From NCBI GenBank assembly GCA_963663035.1, contig OY760074.1, positions 1,088,001-1,152,000 on the forward strand: a DNA stretch of 64,000 nucleotides. Direction: 5' to 3'. The notes beneath the pieces were generated by a model. The model was given only the letters and a program-made list of their open reading frames with translations, made no database searches and had not been told where the DNA came from. Positions 1 through 9,128 of this stretch are shown piece by piece; within the stretch, counting starts at the first letter, position 1; every line of letters begins with the position of its first letter. This DNA is from Acidobacteriota bacterium. Lineage in GTDB: Bacteria > Acidobacteriota > UBA6911 > RPQK01 > JADFOI01. A program made the position numbers and the translations under genes.

Positions 1-1840
1 ATCTCTTTGGGGAACAAAAATCTCGTTGTTCACTGCATCGACGGCCAGCTTATCCGGATGGGTCAACTGGGTCAGAGGACCCTGAATGATGCGGATGGGT
101 GCCTCTTCTCCATCAGCCCCTCCCCGGAAAGTGAGCAGCGCCTGGGCGAAAGGCTGCGGGACGATAATCTCATCGTGAATTTCATCATAGTTGATGGCAT
201 GCATGGTTCGACCCAAGCGAGTTGCCTGTCCCTCGATCACCCGATTTGCTTTAACTGATCCGTTCGCCATCCTGGCGAATGCCGCAATCTGCGGATGGGC
301 CACTCAATTGGGAACCAGGATCTCTTTCCGTTTGGTGTCAAATCCTACTGCACCCGGGTTGCCAATCATGAGAGAGGGTTCACCCATGGGGGCGCTGCGG
401 ATGGTGCGCAAGGGCGGCGTATCGCCTCCAGCCCCACTCGGATAAACGGTCACCGTGTGATTCCCGAAGTTGGTGACCCAAAGCTCGTTGTTCTTGCTGT
501 CCAGAAAGAGCCCGGTGATCCTGGCGGTTGGTGACCACAAAGCGACGGTTGAACCCGCCCGTATTGACACCCCCTAGAATGCGGATAGGTGCTGTATCTC
601 CATCGGCGCTGGCATCGAACTGTCGGGGATTCTTGATGCCCGTATTGACACCCCCTAGAATGCGGATAGGTGCTGTATCTCCATCGGCGCTGGCATCGAA
701 AACCAGTACGGAATCGAGCATGTCGTTGGCCACAAACAGTTCACCGTTCTCCGAGTCAACGACTATTCCAGTGGGCCAGTTCAGCTGAGTTCTGGGGCCT
801 TCGATGACACGAAGCGGCGGCGTATTCCCGCTAGCGTCCTTTGGATAGACCGTAATGGAAGGCGAGACGAACTGGCCCGAACCGGGAACAACCATATCGC
901 GTCCCAGTGGCCAATTTTCCTTTCGCGAACCGCTTCCTGAATCTGAGGGGCTGGTTCGGCGCACCGAGCCATGGTTGGCGACGAAGATCAAATTGTTTTT
1001 GGTGTCCAGTGCCATCCCGTGTGGATCTGCCAGGCCCGTCCGGTCACCCTGAAGCAAACGGATGGGGGCCTCCTGTTGTGAGGCCTGCTTGTGAAACACC
1101 ACCACTGCGTTGTCGTGCTGAACGCTCAGGAAGAGTTCCTGGGCTTCTTCGTCTACCGCTATGCCAAAGGTTCCCTGTGGAGTCGCGAGTTCCCGATCGG
1201 GGGCGACGTCTCCCTTGGCTTCACGGGAGAAAACCAGGAGGGTTCTCATGGTGTCGTTATTGACTGCATAGATGTCGCCTGTTTCCTGGTCAATGTAAAG
1301 GCCGCACTGAAACTCGATTTTTGTGTTTAATCCTGCGATAACGCGTTTGGGTTCAGTCATGGCGTTGGGAGAACTATTGGCCAGACGGTCATAGACGAGA
1401 ATCTGAAAGAGATTTTCGTCTGTCACGGCGACTTCATTCCGTTCCAAATCGACCGCCACGGAGCTGAAACCTGCATAGGGATCTCGAATCACCCGCAGGG
1501 GCCTTCGAGTTGAGGTCCCCGCTGTCCCGGCCTGCAAGGCCTCGGTCGTGACTGCCCGAGCTGAGAACTGAGTTTGCTGCCAGAGAGCTGAAACGAAGTT
1601 CGGACTGACTGAGGCTGAGACGGGGAGGCAAGCCTCCCCTCCTTGCATCTCTGGAAAAGGCTGGTAAGAAACGAGTTGAGCGTCACCGGCCAGGTGGCCT
1701 TCAGGAGCCTTCATGGCTGCAGCCAACTCACCGTGGCCAGCTGACGGCCCATAAAAACCCCATCCCGCCACGGCCCCCAGGAGAGCCGAAAAGGCGATCA
1801 CCCTGAGACTCTGAAAGGTGCTGGATTTTTGAGTCATCAT
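1..1840 (-). CDS. Exported NHL/beta-propeller repeat protein, interrupted by a 109-bp insertion (517-625) and containing an in-frame TGA (306-304); runs off the window start
   Basis: Repeated blades such as 'PTGIVVDSENGELFVAN', 'PHGMALDTKNNLIFVAN' and 'APIRLLQG', with an N-terminal hydrophobic segment. Removing 517-625 joins ORF 380..1840 to ORF 304..570 as ...GIKNP-TGLFLDSKNNELW.... After the TGA the same frame stays open for 101 codons with the same repeat type (VAHPQIAAFARMANG...APIRIIQGPLTQLTHPDKLAVDAVNNEIFVP). Confidence 0.8.
257..303 (-). promoter_or_regulatory. Candidate bacterial SECIS hairpin downstream of the in-frame UGA
   Basis: On the minus strand, UUCGCCA-GGA-UGGCGAA (279-263) is a perfect 7-bp stem whose G-starting loop begins 31 nt after the UGA. 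A second hairpin CCGCA-GAU-UGCGG lies at 294-282. Confidence 0.4.
517..625. repeat. Chimeric 109-bp insert: 42 bp of IS1380 interior plus a 63-bp local duplication
   Basis: 517-558 is the exact reverse complement of 10184-10225. 557-619 is identical to 638-700. Confidence 0.9.
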
Positions 1841-1847
1841 GAACTCC

Positions 1848-3746
1848 CTAGTTTGAGGACCCCGGTCGGCGGGCCACCAAATCCTCGCGGGTGCTGATGG
1901 TGGCGCCCTCTGGTCTCAGATTGTATTCGTTGGCGAAGTCGTTGTGCAGGAAGATGAACTTGCCTCCCATCATGGTCATCAGCGTCTGGATCTCTGAAAT
2001 CTCCTCCACCGGAATGCTCATGTAGTCACGATCCAGGATGAGTAAATCGGCGAACTTTCCGGTCTCGAGAGAGCCGAGCTGGTCCCCCTTGAGGACGTAA
2101 TTGGCCCCGTTCTGGGTGGCGATCCTCAGCGCGGTTTCCCGGTCCACTCGCTCAGGGGCTCCCCAGACCTTGCCGTCCCTGTCCTTTCGGGTGATCAAGA
2201 GCTGAATTTCGCCCCAGAAGTTGTCGGCCCCCTCCAGGGAAACGTTGATACCGGCGTCGAGCATTGTCTTGATAGGGGCCCAATAGGTATGAGCAACCTC
2301 CTCGCCAAAGGCCTCAGCCACATCTCCCAGGCCGCCCCGGCCGGGGGGAGCGCAGCTCCACATCAGTCCGAGCTTGGCCGCCCGAGCAATATCAGCGGGC
2401 TCGATCAACCGGCAGTGGTCCATGGCCCAGTCCTTGACAGCTCCCGGCCGGGCCCGGTCGATACGCTCATAGGCCGCCATCAGGCGGGAGTGGGAGTCAT
2501 CCCCGGCCACGTGAACATTGGCGGTGCGCAGGCCAGCCTGGGCAAGCTCGTTGTAAAACTCCATGAAGTAGTTGGCCTTGAGGCTGGCTCCAGTCGTGCC
2601 TCCACCGTACTCAATGTCCAGACTGCACTGGCCGCGCGGCCACCACTCGGAGGATGCCGAAAGGGCCGTCACCGAAGCACCTCCGTCTTCGCCCACCGCC
2701 TGGGAGTCTCTCTGGAGGTTGGTGCACATTCTGGAGCCCGACCCATCGACTGCCCGGGCACTTATGGAAGAGATAAAGAGAATGTCGGTACCGTCGCCCA
2801 TCTTGAAGGGCGTCAGGTCCGCACCTGGAATTCCAAAGGTGGACATCTCCCCATAGGCATATCTCAGCGGCATCTGGCCTCGGGAGTCGAGCCATTGATA
2901 GGCCCGTACCGTGGAAGTGTGCAGAGCTCCCGAAATCGTGGTGATACCCGCTGCCGCAAATTCCTCGAGAAGCTGCCTGTACACCATGGCCACGTCTTCT
3001 GGTTCGGGAGCCAGCAAAAAGTCCTCATCCTGATGGAGGATACGTACGGCCGGAGGTTCTATAACGCCCGTCGGCCGGCCACTGGAGTCAATCCAGTAAC
3101 GCCCGTAGGTTTCAACGAAATCTCCGTGCTTGGCCCACAGCGCTTCAATGCCTTTGCTGTTGAGCATCATCCCGTTCACGTACGGTATCCCTATGGTCAG
3201 AGCGATGGGGTTGTCGGGAGCGGCCTTGTCCAGTTCCCATCGGTTCAGGTCGTTAAAGACCAGCTGAGCTTGCTCAGGACCCCTCGGGTTGGTGATGAAG
3301 AAGAGCCACTGGTCTGGCGGGAAGTTAAAGGCCGCAATAATGTCCCGGATCTGCTTGACAACGTCGTCCGTGGTTTTCACCAGTCTAAAGTTCAGAGCAT
3401 ATCTCTGGAGCGCGGTGGCGGACAGCCCACGGGCATAGCTGTTGGCCCCATCCAGATGCTGCTCTTCTATATGCTCGTGCGTGTTGATCAGCCCGGGAGT
3501 CACCGTCTTCCCTTTCAAATCGATCCTGAGCGTGTCGGGGCCGGCCAGGCGGAGCACGTCGTCGTTGCTTCCCACCGCCGCGATCCGGCTGCTGCGAACT
3601 GCCACGGCTTGGGCGGAGCTGAAATTCGAATCCACGGTGAGGATTTTCCCGTTGTACAAAATCGTTTCAGGAGCCTCCTGGGCAGTCGCCAAATGGACAC
3701 TTCCGAAGACACAGAAAATCACTAGGAAAAGACTTGTTAGACGCAT
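1848..3746 (-). CDS. Exported amidohydrolase family protein (YtcJ-like / Amidohydro_3)
   Basis: Signal peptide. Motifs 'ILYNGKILTVD', 'DLKGKTVTPGLINTHEH', 'VHVAGD', 'MDHC', 'GSLETGKFADLLILDRD'. Confidence 0.88.
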   Translation of the reverse strand: MRLTSLFLVIFCVFGSVHLATAQEAPETILYNGKILTVDSNFSSAQAVAVRSSRIAAVGSNDDVLRLAGPDTLRIDLKGKTVTPGLINTHEHIEEQHLDGANSYARGLSATALQRYALNFRLVKTTDDVVKQIRDIIAAFNFPPDQWLFFITNPRGPEQAQLVFNDLNRWELDKAAPDNPIALTIGIPYVNGMMLNSKGIEALWAKHGDFVETYGRYWIDSSGRPTGVIEPPAVRILHQDEDFLLAPEPEDVAMVYRQLLEEFAAAGITTISGALHTSTVRAYQWLDSRGQMPLRYAYGEMSTFGIPGADLTPFKMGDGTDILFISSISARAVDGSGSRMCTNLQRDSQAVGEDGGASVTALSASSEWWPRGQCSLDIEYGGGTTGASLKANYFMEFYNELAQAGLRTANVHVAGDDSHSRLMAAYERIDRARPGAVKDWAMDHCRLIEPADIARAAKLGLMWSCAPPGRGGLGDVAEAFGEEVAHTYWAPIKTMLDAGINVSLEGADNFWGEIQLLITRKDRDGKVWGAPERVDRETALRIATQNGANYVLKGDQLGSLETGKFADLLILDRDYMSIPVEEISEIQTLMTMMGGKFIFLHNDFANEYNLRPEGATISTREDLVARRPGSSN

Positions 3747-4041
3747 AGGTTCCCCCTCTTTGAAACAGAACTAGACTTGAAAACTAAGACGATCTGGATA
3801 GCTAAGGAATACCCTCTCGACACCAGCATGTCAAGTAGGGACTTTTCAACTGTTCGGCTGGTTTTGAAAAGCTCGCCGGATCAGCGAAGCAATACTGTCT
3901 GTAGGCCAACAGCCTGTTGGAGCGCTACTCCTGTAAGTGATCAAGTGCTGATGAAAAATTGCTGCACTTGATGTATAATCTAAAAACACAGAGAGACCGA
4001 ATAGTTAGGCAACAGCTCAAACGATCAGGTAAGGAAAAACA

Positions 4042-5637
4042 ATGGTAAAGATGCTCAGAACTTTTCTATTTGCCGCCGCGGCTTCCTCCTTGTTTTTTGG
4101 CTCGATTGCAGCTCAGTCGAGGGAAGAGGAAGAGGTGGATTATTTCCAAAAGTGGCTGAAGGAGGACGTGCTTTATACCATTACCCCGGAAGAGCAAGAT
4201 GTCTTCAACAAACTTCAGACCATCGAAGAGAAGGAGAGATTCATCGAGCAATTCTGGACTCGACGCGATCCCGATCCTCGAACCAGGTACAACGAATACA
4301 AAGAAGAGCACTACCGGCGCATCCAGTATGCCAATGATCACTTCGAATCAGGCATTCCTGGTTGGAAGACGGATCGGGGGATGATCTACATCAAGTTCGG
4401 TGAACCCGATCGTCTTACAGAGCATCCCACCGGGGACTATTACATGCGGCCATCCTATGAAGGTGGTGGGTCCACCAGCACCTATCCTTTCCAAATTTGG
4501 GAATACCGATACCTGGAAGGCGTTGGGGATGATGTAGAGATAGAATTTGTCGATCCCGGCTTGACCGGCGAGTACCGAATCACAACCAACCCCTGGGACA
4601 AGGATGCTTTGCTGCTGATGCCCGGTGGCGGACTGACAGATGCAGAAATGCTGGGAATGGCAGACCGCATAGATCGAATCGTGATCAAAACCAACCCTCA
4701 TGGGCACAATCCGCTGCTGCTTGGGTATGGAAGGGCCAAGGATGCACCCTTTGCGAAATTGTACACCCTCACCAATCTGCAACGAGCACCCAGTATTGAC
4801 TTTGCGGATTTTCGACGACCCGAGGTCCTCACCAACATCCGCTATGAGCTTCTGCCATTTGAGGTGGGGGTCAGCCATTTTTCCGTGGACGAGGACGAAT
4901 ACGTGGTTCCTGTGACGATAGTGGTTCCCCTCAATCATCTCGATTTCGTGGCTGCGGGCGAGGTGTACCGGTCCTCCATTGACCTTTTTGGTCAGGTGAG
5001 TGCTGTCAACGGGAGAATCATCACGACTTTCGAGGAGACCATCGGCAGCGTAAGGGCCTCCGGAGACCCTTCTGAAGATGCTAACCAGAGGTCCATGTAT
5101 CAGAAGTCACTGCGGCTGGCTCCCGGTCGCTATAAGCTGGATGTCATCCTGCACGACGCAAATAGTGAGAAGGTGGGTACCAGGAGCACGGGCATTATCC
5201 TACCCCCGGTTTCAAGTGAAGACCTGACCATAAGCTCGGTTGTACTGGCTGACCGCATTGAACTTCTAACTGAAACGGCCGAGGCAAGTCCCTATGGCCC
5301 GGCAATGGTATTTCCAAACGTCTCGGGATCGTTTCGGCCCGATCAGAGTCTCCTCCTCTTTTTCGAACTCTCGAACATCCAGATCGACAGCGCCTCCCAA
5401 TCGGGCTATCTAGTGAGCGTAGCTGAAGTTTTGAAGGGTTCCGAGAAGATCTTCAGGGAGCAGCTAAAGATTGACAATGAGAATGCGGCAAACCGAGACC
5501 GGCTGCATTTGGTGCACACCTTCGACCTGGCGGGTCTGAAACCGGGTGACTATGAAGTGGTTCTTCAGGTCCAGGATCAGATTTCCGAGCAGAACGTCGA
5601 GCGCCGGATACCCTTTAACATTGTACCTTCGAACTGA
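4042..5637 (+). CDS. GWxTD domain-containing protein
   Basis: 'EHYRRIQYANDHF..GWKTDRGMIYIKFGEPD'. Signal peptide, and RBS AAGGA upstream. Confidence 0.92.
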   Translation: MVKMLRTFLFAAAASSLFFGSIAAQSREEEEVDYFQKWLKEDVLYTITPEEQDVFNKLQTIEEKERFIEQFWTRRDPDPRTRYNEYKEEHYRRIQYANDHFESGIPGWKTDRGMIYIKFGEPDRLTEHPTGDYYMRPSYEGGGSTSTYPFQIWEYRYLEGVGDDVEIEFVDPGLTGEYRITTNPWDKDALLLMPGGGLTDAEMLGMADRIDRIVIKTNPHGHNPLLLGYGRAKDAPFAKLYTLTNLQRAPSIDFADFRRPEVLTNIRYELLPFEVGVSHFSVDEDEYVVPVTIVVPLNHLDFVAAGEVYRSSIDLFGQVSAVNGRIITTFEETIGSVRASGDPSEDANQRSMYQKSLRLAPGRYKLDVILHDANSEKVGTRSTGIILPPVSSEDLTISSVVLADRIELLTETAEASPYGPAMVFPNVSGSFRPDQSLLLFFELSNIQIDSASQSGYLVSVAEVLKGSEKIFREQLKIDNENAANRDRLHLVHTFDLAGLKPGDYEVVLQVQDQISEQNVERRIPFNIVPSN

Positions 5638-7858
5638 AATAGAACAGATTTTTCCCTCTGCTTCCTTCATCGCTCACGCAAGAGCGGTTTGCACCGCAGC
5701 TCTGACCTTTATCATAGTATTTTTCGGGTGCCTGCCGGTCACGGCACGGGGTCTTCAACAGGCGAATCCTGAGGAGGAATCTCCGAAACTGGAGCTCTTT
5801 GCCCGCCGTACGGACGCGCCCATCAATCTGGACGGCGTCCTGGACGAGCCCATCTGGGCGGAAGTTGAGCCCGCCACCGATTTTATCCAGCGGGAACCTG
5901 TTCAGGGAGATCCTGCCTCGGAGAAAACCGAAGTGAGGGTTGTCTATGATGAGGAAGCCATTTACTTCGGGGTGTCCGCTTACGATTCCGAAGCGCCTAA
6001 ATTCATCATCAATAGTCTCAAGCAGGATTTTGCTCATACCAACAGTGATGGGGCCTCCTTTTACATAGACACCTTTGATGATGACCGCAACGCCTTCGGT
6101 TTTTACATCAACCCTGCCGGAGCCATGAGGGAAATGCAGTCCTTCGATGAGGGGAGGGAGCAGAATATCGCCTGGGAAGGTGTGTGGGACGTTAAGACGA
6201 CAATCACAGAAGAAGGATGGTTTGGAGAGGTCAGAATCCCTTTCAAGTCGTTAAGATTTCCAAGATCGAAGGTGCAAACCTGGGGCCTCAATCTGCAAAG
6301 GCGCATCCGACGGAAGAACGAGCAGAGCTTTTGGGCTCCGATGCCTCGCCGTTTTACCGCCTTTTATATGTCTTACGCTGGAACCTTAAGAGGGATGGAG
6401 GATGTTGAACCCGGACAGAATTTCAAGGTGAAGCCCTATGTGAGTACAGAGTTCCGTAAATTTAGTGGAGATGATTTTGACACCTTCGGCGATGCCGGGC
6501 TGGATCTCAAGTACGGCCTCACCTCCAATCTCACCCTGGATGGCACGGTCAACACCGATTTCTCGCAGGTGGAGGTGGATCAGCAGCAAATTAACCTGAC
6601 CCGGTTCAGCTTGTTTTTCCCCGAGAAACGCGACTTTTTCCTGGAGAACTCGGGTCTTTTCCTCTTTGGTCAGATTGACCGGCGCGCCCAGGGTTCGCGC
6701 GACTTCCTTGCCTTCTTCAGCCGCCGTATCGGTCTTTCTTCTGACAGACAGCCGGTGCCCATTCTGGCAGGAGCCCGCCTGAGTGGACGTGCCGGGAAAT
6801 TCAGCGTGGGCATGTTGAATATGCAGACTCGGGAAGCCCGCTCCGATCCCGCCAACAATTTCTCCGTGGTGAGTATTAAAAGGAACATTCTGAGTCAGTC
6901 GGAACTGGGGGCCTTGTTCGTTAACCGCCAGTCGGATCAGTCCGGAGACTTCAATCGAACTTTCGGTGTGGATGCCAATTTCCATTTCTGGAACCAGCTT
7001 CGAGTGAGCGGTTTTTTGGCCGCCACCAGAACGCCGGGGCTGGAGACCGAGGACATGGCCAGCCGGGTCTGGGTCGAGTGGAGAACCAACGATTGGCAGG
7101 CACGCACCGGCTACCTGGATATTGAAGAAAACTTCAATCCCGAGGTGGGATTTGTACCCCGCCGGGACATGCGAAAAAGTGATAGCGCACTTGCCTGGAC
7201 TCCACGTCCCAGAAGCATTTCCTGGATCAGGCAGTTTAATCCCAACCTCCGGATGCAATACATCGAGGACCAGGAGGGCCGTCTGGAGACTCGAATCGTT
7301 AATCTGAACTTTCAGATCGGCTTTGAGGATGGAGGAAGCTTTCAGGTGGGTCGGGCACTCAGGTTCGAGAGGGAGGATGCGCAGTTCAGCATTGGTGGGC
7401 TGGACCTTGATCCTGGAGATTACCATTTCAACGATGTGTCCATCCAATATCGCTCCAATCCCAGTTCTACCCTGTCGGGAAGTGTGCGATATCAATCAGG
7501 TGATTTCTGGAATGGTACCCGTAAGGGCGTGCAGATCAGCCTCGCCTACAAACCCCATTACAAATTCACTATGACGGGCAGCTTTCAGAGGGACGACCTG
7601 AAGTTGAGCCAGGGCGACGTGACCACTCGACTGGTCAATACGCGCCTGGACTACTCCTTTAGCACCCAGATGTTTCTGAGCGCCTTGATTCAATACAGTA
7701 GTCAGCAGCGCCAGGTGACCTCAAACCTTCGCTTCAACCTGATCCATCGTCCCCTGAGTGATATCTTCATCGTTTACAACGAAGCGCGAGACGCTTTCCA
7801 GGATGGTGAAGCAGATAAGTCTTTGACTCTCAAGTACACCTATATGCTCGACTTTTAG
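5546..7858 (+). CDS. CBM9-like / DUF5916 outer-membrane protein (true start probably later, e.g. TTG at 5621)
   Basis: 'LDGVLDEPIW', 'TVNTDFSQVEVDQQQINLTRFSLFFPEKRDFFLE', 'FFSRRIG', C-terminal Phe. Paralog of 13350..15602. Confidence 0.85.
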   Translation: MTMKWFFRSRIRFPSRTSSAGYPLTLYLRTEIEQIFPSASFIAHARAVCTAALTFIIVFFGCLPVTARGLQQANPEEESPKLELFARRTDAPINLDGVLDEPIWAEVEPATDFIQREPVQGDPASEKTEVRVVYDEEAIYFGVSAYDSEAPKFIINSLKQDFAHTNSDGASFYIDTFDDDRNAFGFYINPAGAMREMQSFDEGREQNIAWEGVWDVKTTITEEGWFGEVRIPFKSLRFPRSKVQTWGLNLQRRIRRKNEQSFWAPMPRRFTAFYMSYAGTLRGMEDVEPGQNFKVKPYVSTEFRKFSGDDFDTFGDAGLDLKYGLTSNLTLDGTVNTDFSQVEVDQQQINLTRFSLFFPEKRDFFLENSGLFLFGQIDRRAQGSRDFLAFFSRRIGLSSDRQPVPILAGARLSGRAGKFSVGMLNMQTREARSDPANNFSVVSIKRNILSQSELGALFVNRQSDQSGDFNRTFGVDANFHFWNQLRVSGFLAATRTPGLETEDMASRVWVEWRTNDWQARTGYLDIEENFNPEVGFVPRRDMRKSDSALAWTPRPRSISWIRQFNPNLRMQYIEDQEGRLETRIVNLNFQIGFEDGGSFQVGRALRFEREDAQFSIGGLDLDPGDYHFNDVSIQYRSNPSSTLSGSVRYQSGDFWNGTRKGVQISLAYKPHYKFTMTGSFQRDDLKLSQGDVTTRLVNTRLDYSFSTQMFLSALIQYSSQQRQVTSNLRFNLIHRPLSDIFIVYNEARDAFQDGEADKSLTLKYTYMLDF

Positions 7859-7869
7859 AGGAGGCCGCT

Positions 7870-9093
7870 ATGGCTAAATGTCTACTCCTTGTCTCAATGC
7901 TCCTTTGCTTCTCTTCGAACTGGGGACTGGGTCAGCAGGGGGGAGGAGAGGAGCCTCGCCAAAACCGGGGCGGTAATACGGGGACTCAGGAACGTCGTCG
8001 GACTATCAGGAACGGCAGGCCCATGTACCTCACTGGAACAGTCATCCTGGACGATGGCGGGAAACCCGGGGAGCCGGTGCAGATCGAATTACTCTGCCAG
8101 AGTGAAGTAATCGCACAGGTCTATGCCTCCAGCGGAGGCACTTTCATCCTTCAGGCTAACGCGACCCGAGGTTCTCCGGATACCCTGCAGCCATTGGATG
8201 CTTCAATCTCAACCCTCTCTGCCGTCCCCCTCAACTCCACCATGGACAGGAACAACTCCTTCTTTGGGGAGGGCCTGGGGCCAGGGCGTGACGAGTCACT
8301 GAATCTCAGCGGCTGTGAATTGCAGGCAAAATTACCGGGTTACCGCTCGGACAGGATTCTCCTCGGTGCTCGGCGACTTCTGGATAGCCCCGACGTAGGC
8401 GAGGTGGTTTTGCACTCGAACACCAGAGCGAAGAGTGCCACCGTCAGCGTAAAGAGCCTGGCCGCACCAAAAGAAGCCAGAAAAGCTCACCAGGAAGCCC
8501 TGAAAGAGTTGGGCAAGGAGGAAATAAACTTCTCCAAGGCCATTGAAGAGCTGGAGAAGGCCGTGCAGATTTATCCCGAATTTGCCAACGCCTGGTTATT
8601 GCTGGGTGAGATTTCGCTGACCCAGGAAGATCAGGCTGCCGCCCGCAAGTACTTTGAGCAGGCGCTGGCCGCTGACTCGGAGTACGCTAACCCGTATATC
8701 TCCCTGGCTATGTTGGAACTGGAGGAGGAGCGGTGGGAAGAAGCGGCGCAGTGGTGTCGCCAGGCTCTCGAGCTCGACTCTCAATTGGTCAGGGCCCATT
8801 ACTACAATGCTCTGGCCCATAGCTCTTTGGGCAAATTGGATGTCGTGGAAGAGTCGATCTTGCTGATCCACCAGAGCAGTCAAGCCCAGGACTACCCTTT
8901 GACCCACTACATACTGGCCTGGATTCTGTCAGAGAAAGGAGACTTTCTCTCCGCCGCTGCTCAGCTGCGTCACTATCTGGATAGCAACCCCATCCCGCAG
9001 ATTGCAGCGGAGCTGAAAGACCAATTGGCCCAGTGGGAGGAGCAGGGCCTGATTCCCCTTGCAGAGAGTGCAGAGCCACAAGCACAGGATTGA
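7870..9093 (+). CDS. Exported tetratricopeptide repeat protein
   Basis: Signal peptide, TPR helices ('LEKAVQIYPEFANAWLLLGEI', 'ARKYFEQALAAD') and RBS GAGGAGG. Confidence 0.85.
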   Translation: MAKCLLLVSMLLCFSSNWGLGQQGGGEEPRQNRGGNTGTQERRRTIRNGRPMYLTGTVILDDGGKPGEPVQIELLCQSEVIAQVYASSGGTFILQANATRGSPDTLQPLDASISTLSAVPLNSTMDRNNSFFGEGLGPGRDESLNLSGCELQAKLPGYRSDRILLGARRLLDSPDVGEVVLHSNTRAKSATVSVKSLAAPKEARKAHQEALKELGKEEINFSKAIEELEKAVQIYPEFANAWLLLGEISLTQEDQAAARKYFEQALAADSEYANPYISLAMLELEEERWEEAAQWCRQALELDSQLVRAHYYNALAHSSLGKLDVVEESILLIHQSSQAQDYPLTHYILAWILSEKGDFLSAAAQLRHYLDSNPIPQIAAELKDQLAQWEEQGLIPLAESAEPQAQD

Positions 9094-9128
9094 GTACGCC
9101 TTTCTTTTGAGCCGCCCGTCCCTTCTAG

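Noticed and set aside
557-700. 63-bp direct repeat next to an IS-derived 'spacer', superficially CRISPR-like
   Set aside because: There are only two copies, the repeat is coding sequence of the host gene, and no cas genes or leader are present.
2289-3725. 478-aa plus-strand ORF, and similar long antisense ORFs (6386..7495, 20792..21574, 39154..40104, 57120..57920, 57520..58344)
   Set aside because: They lie wholly opposite well-supported genes and show no recognisable motifs, as expected for shadow ORFs in GC-rich coding DNA.
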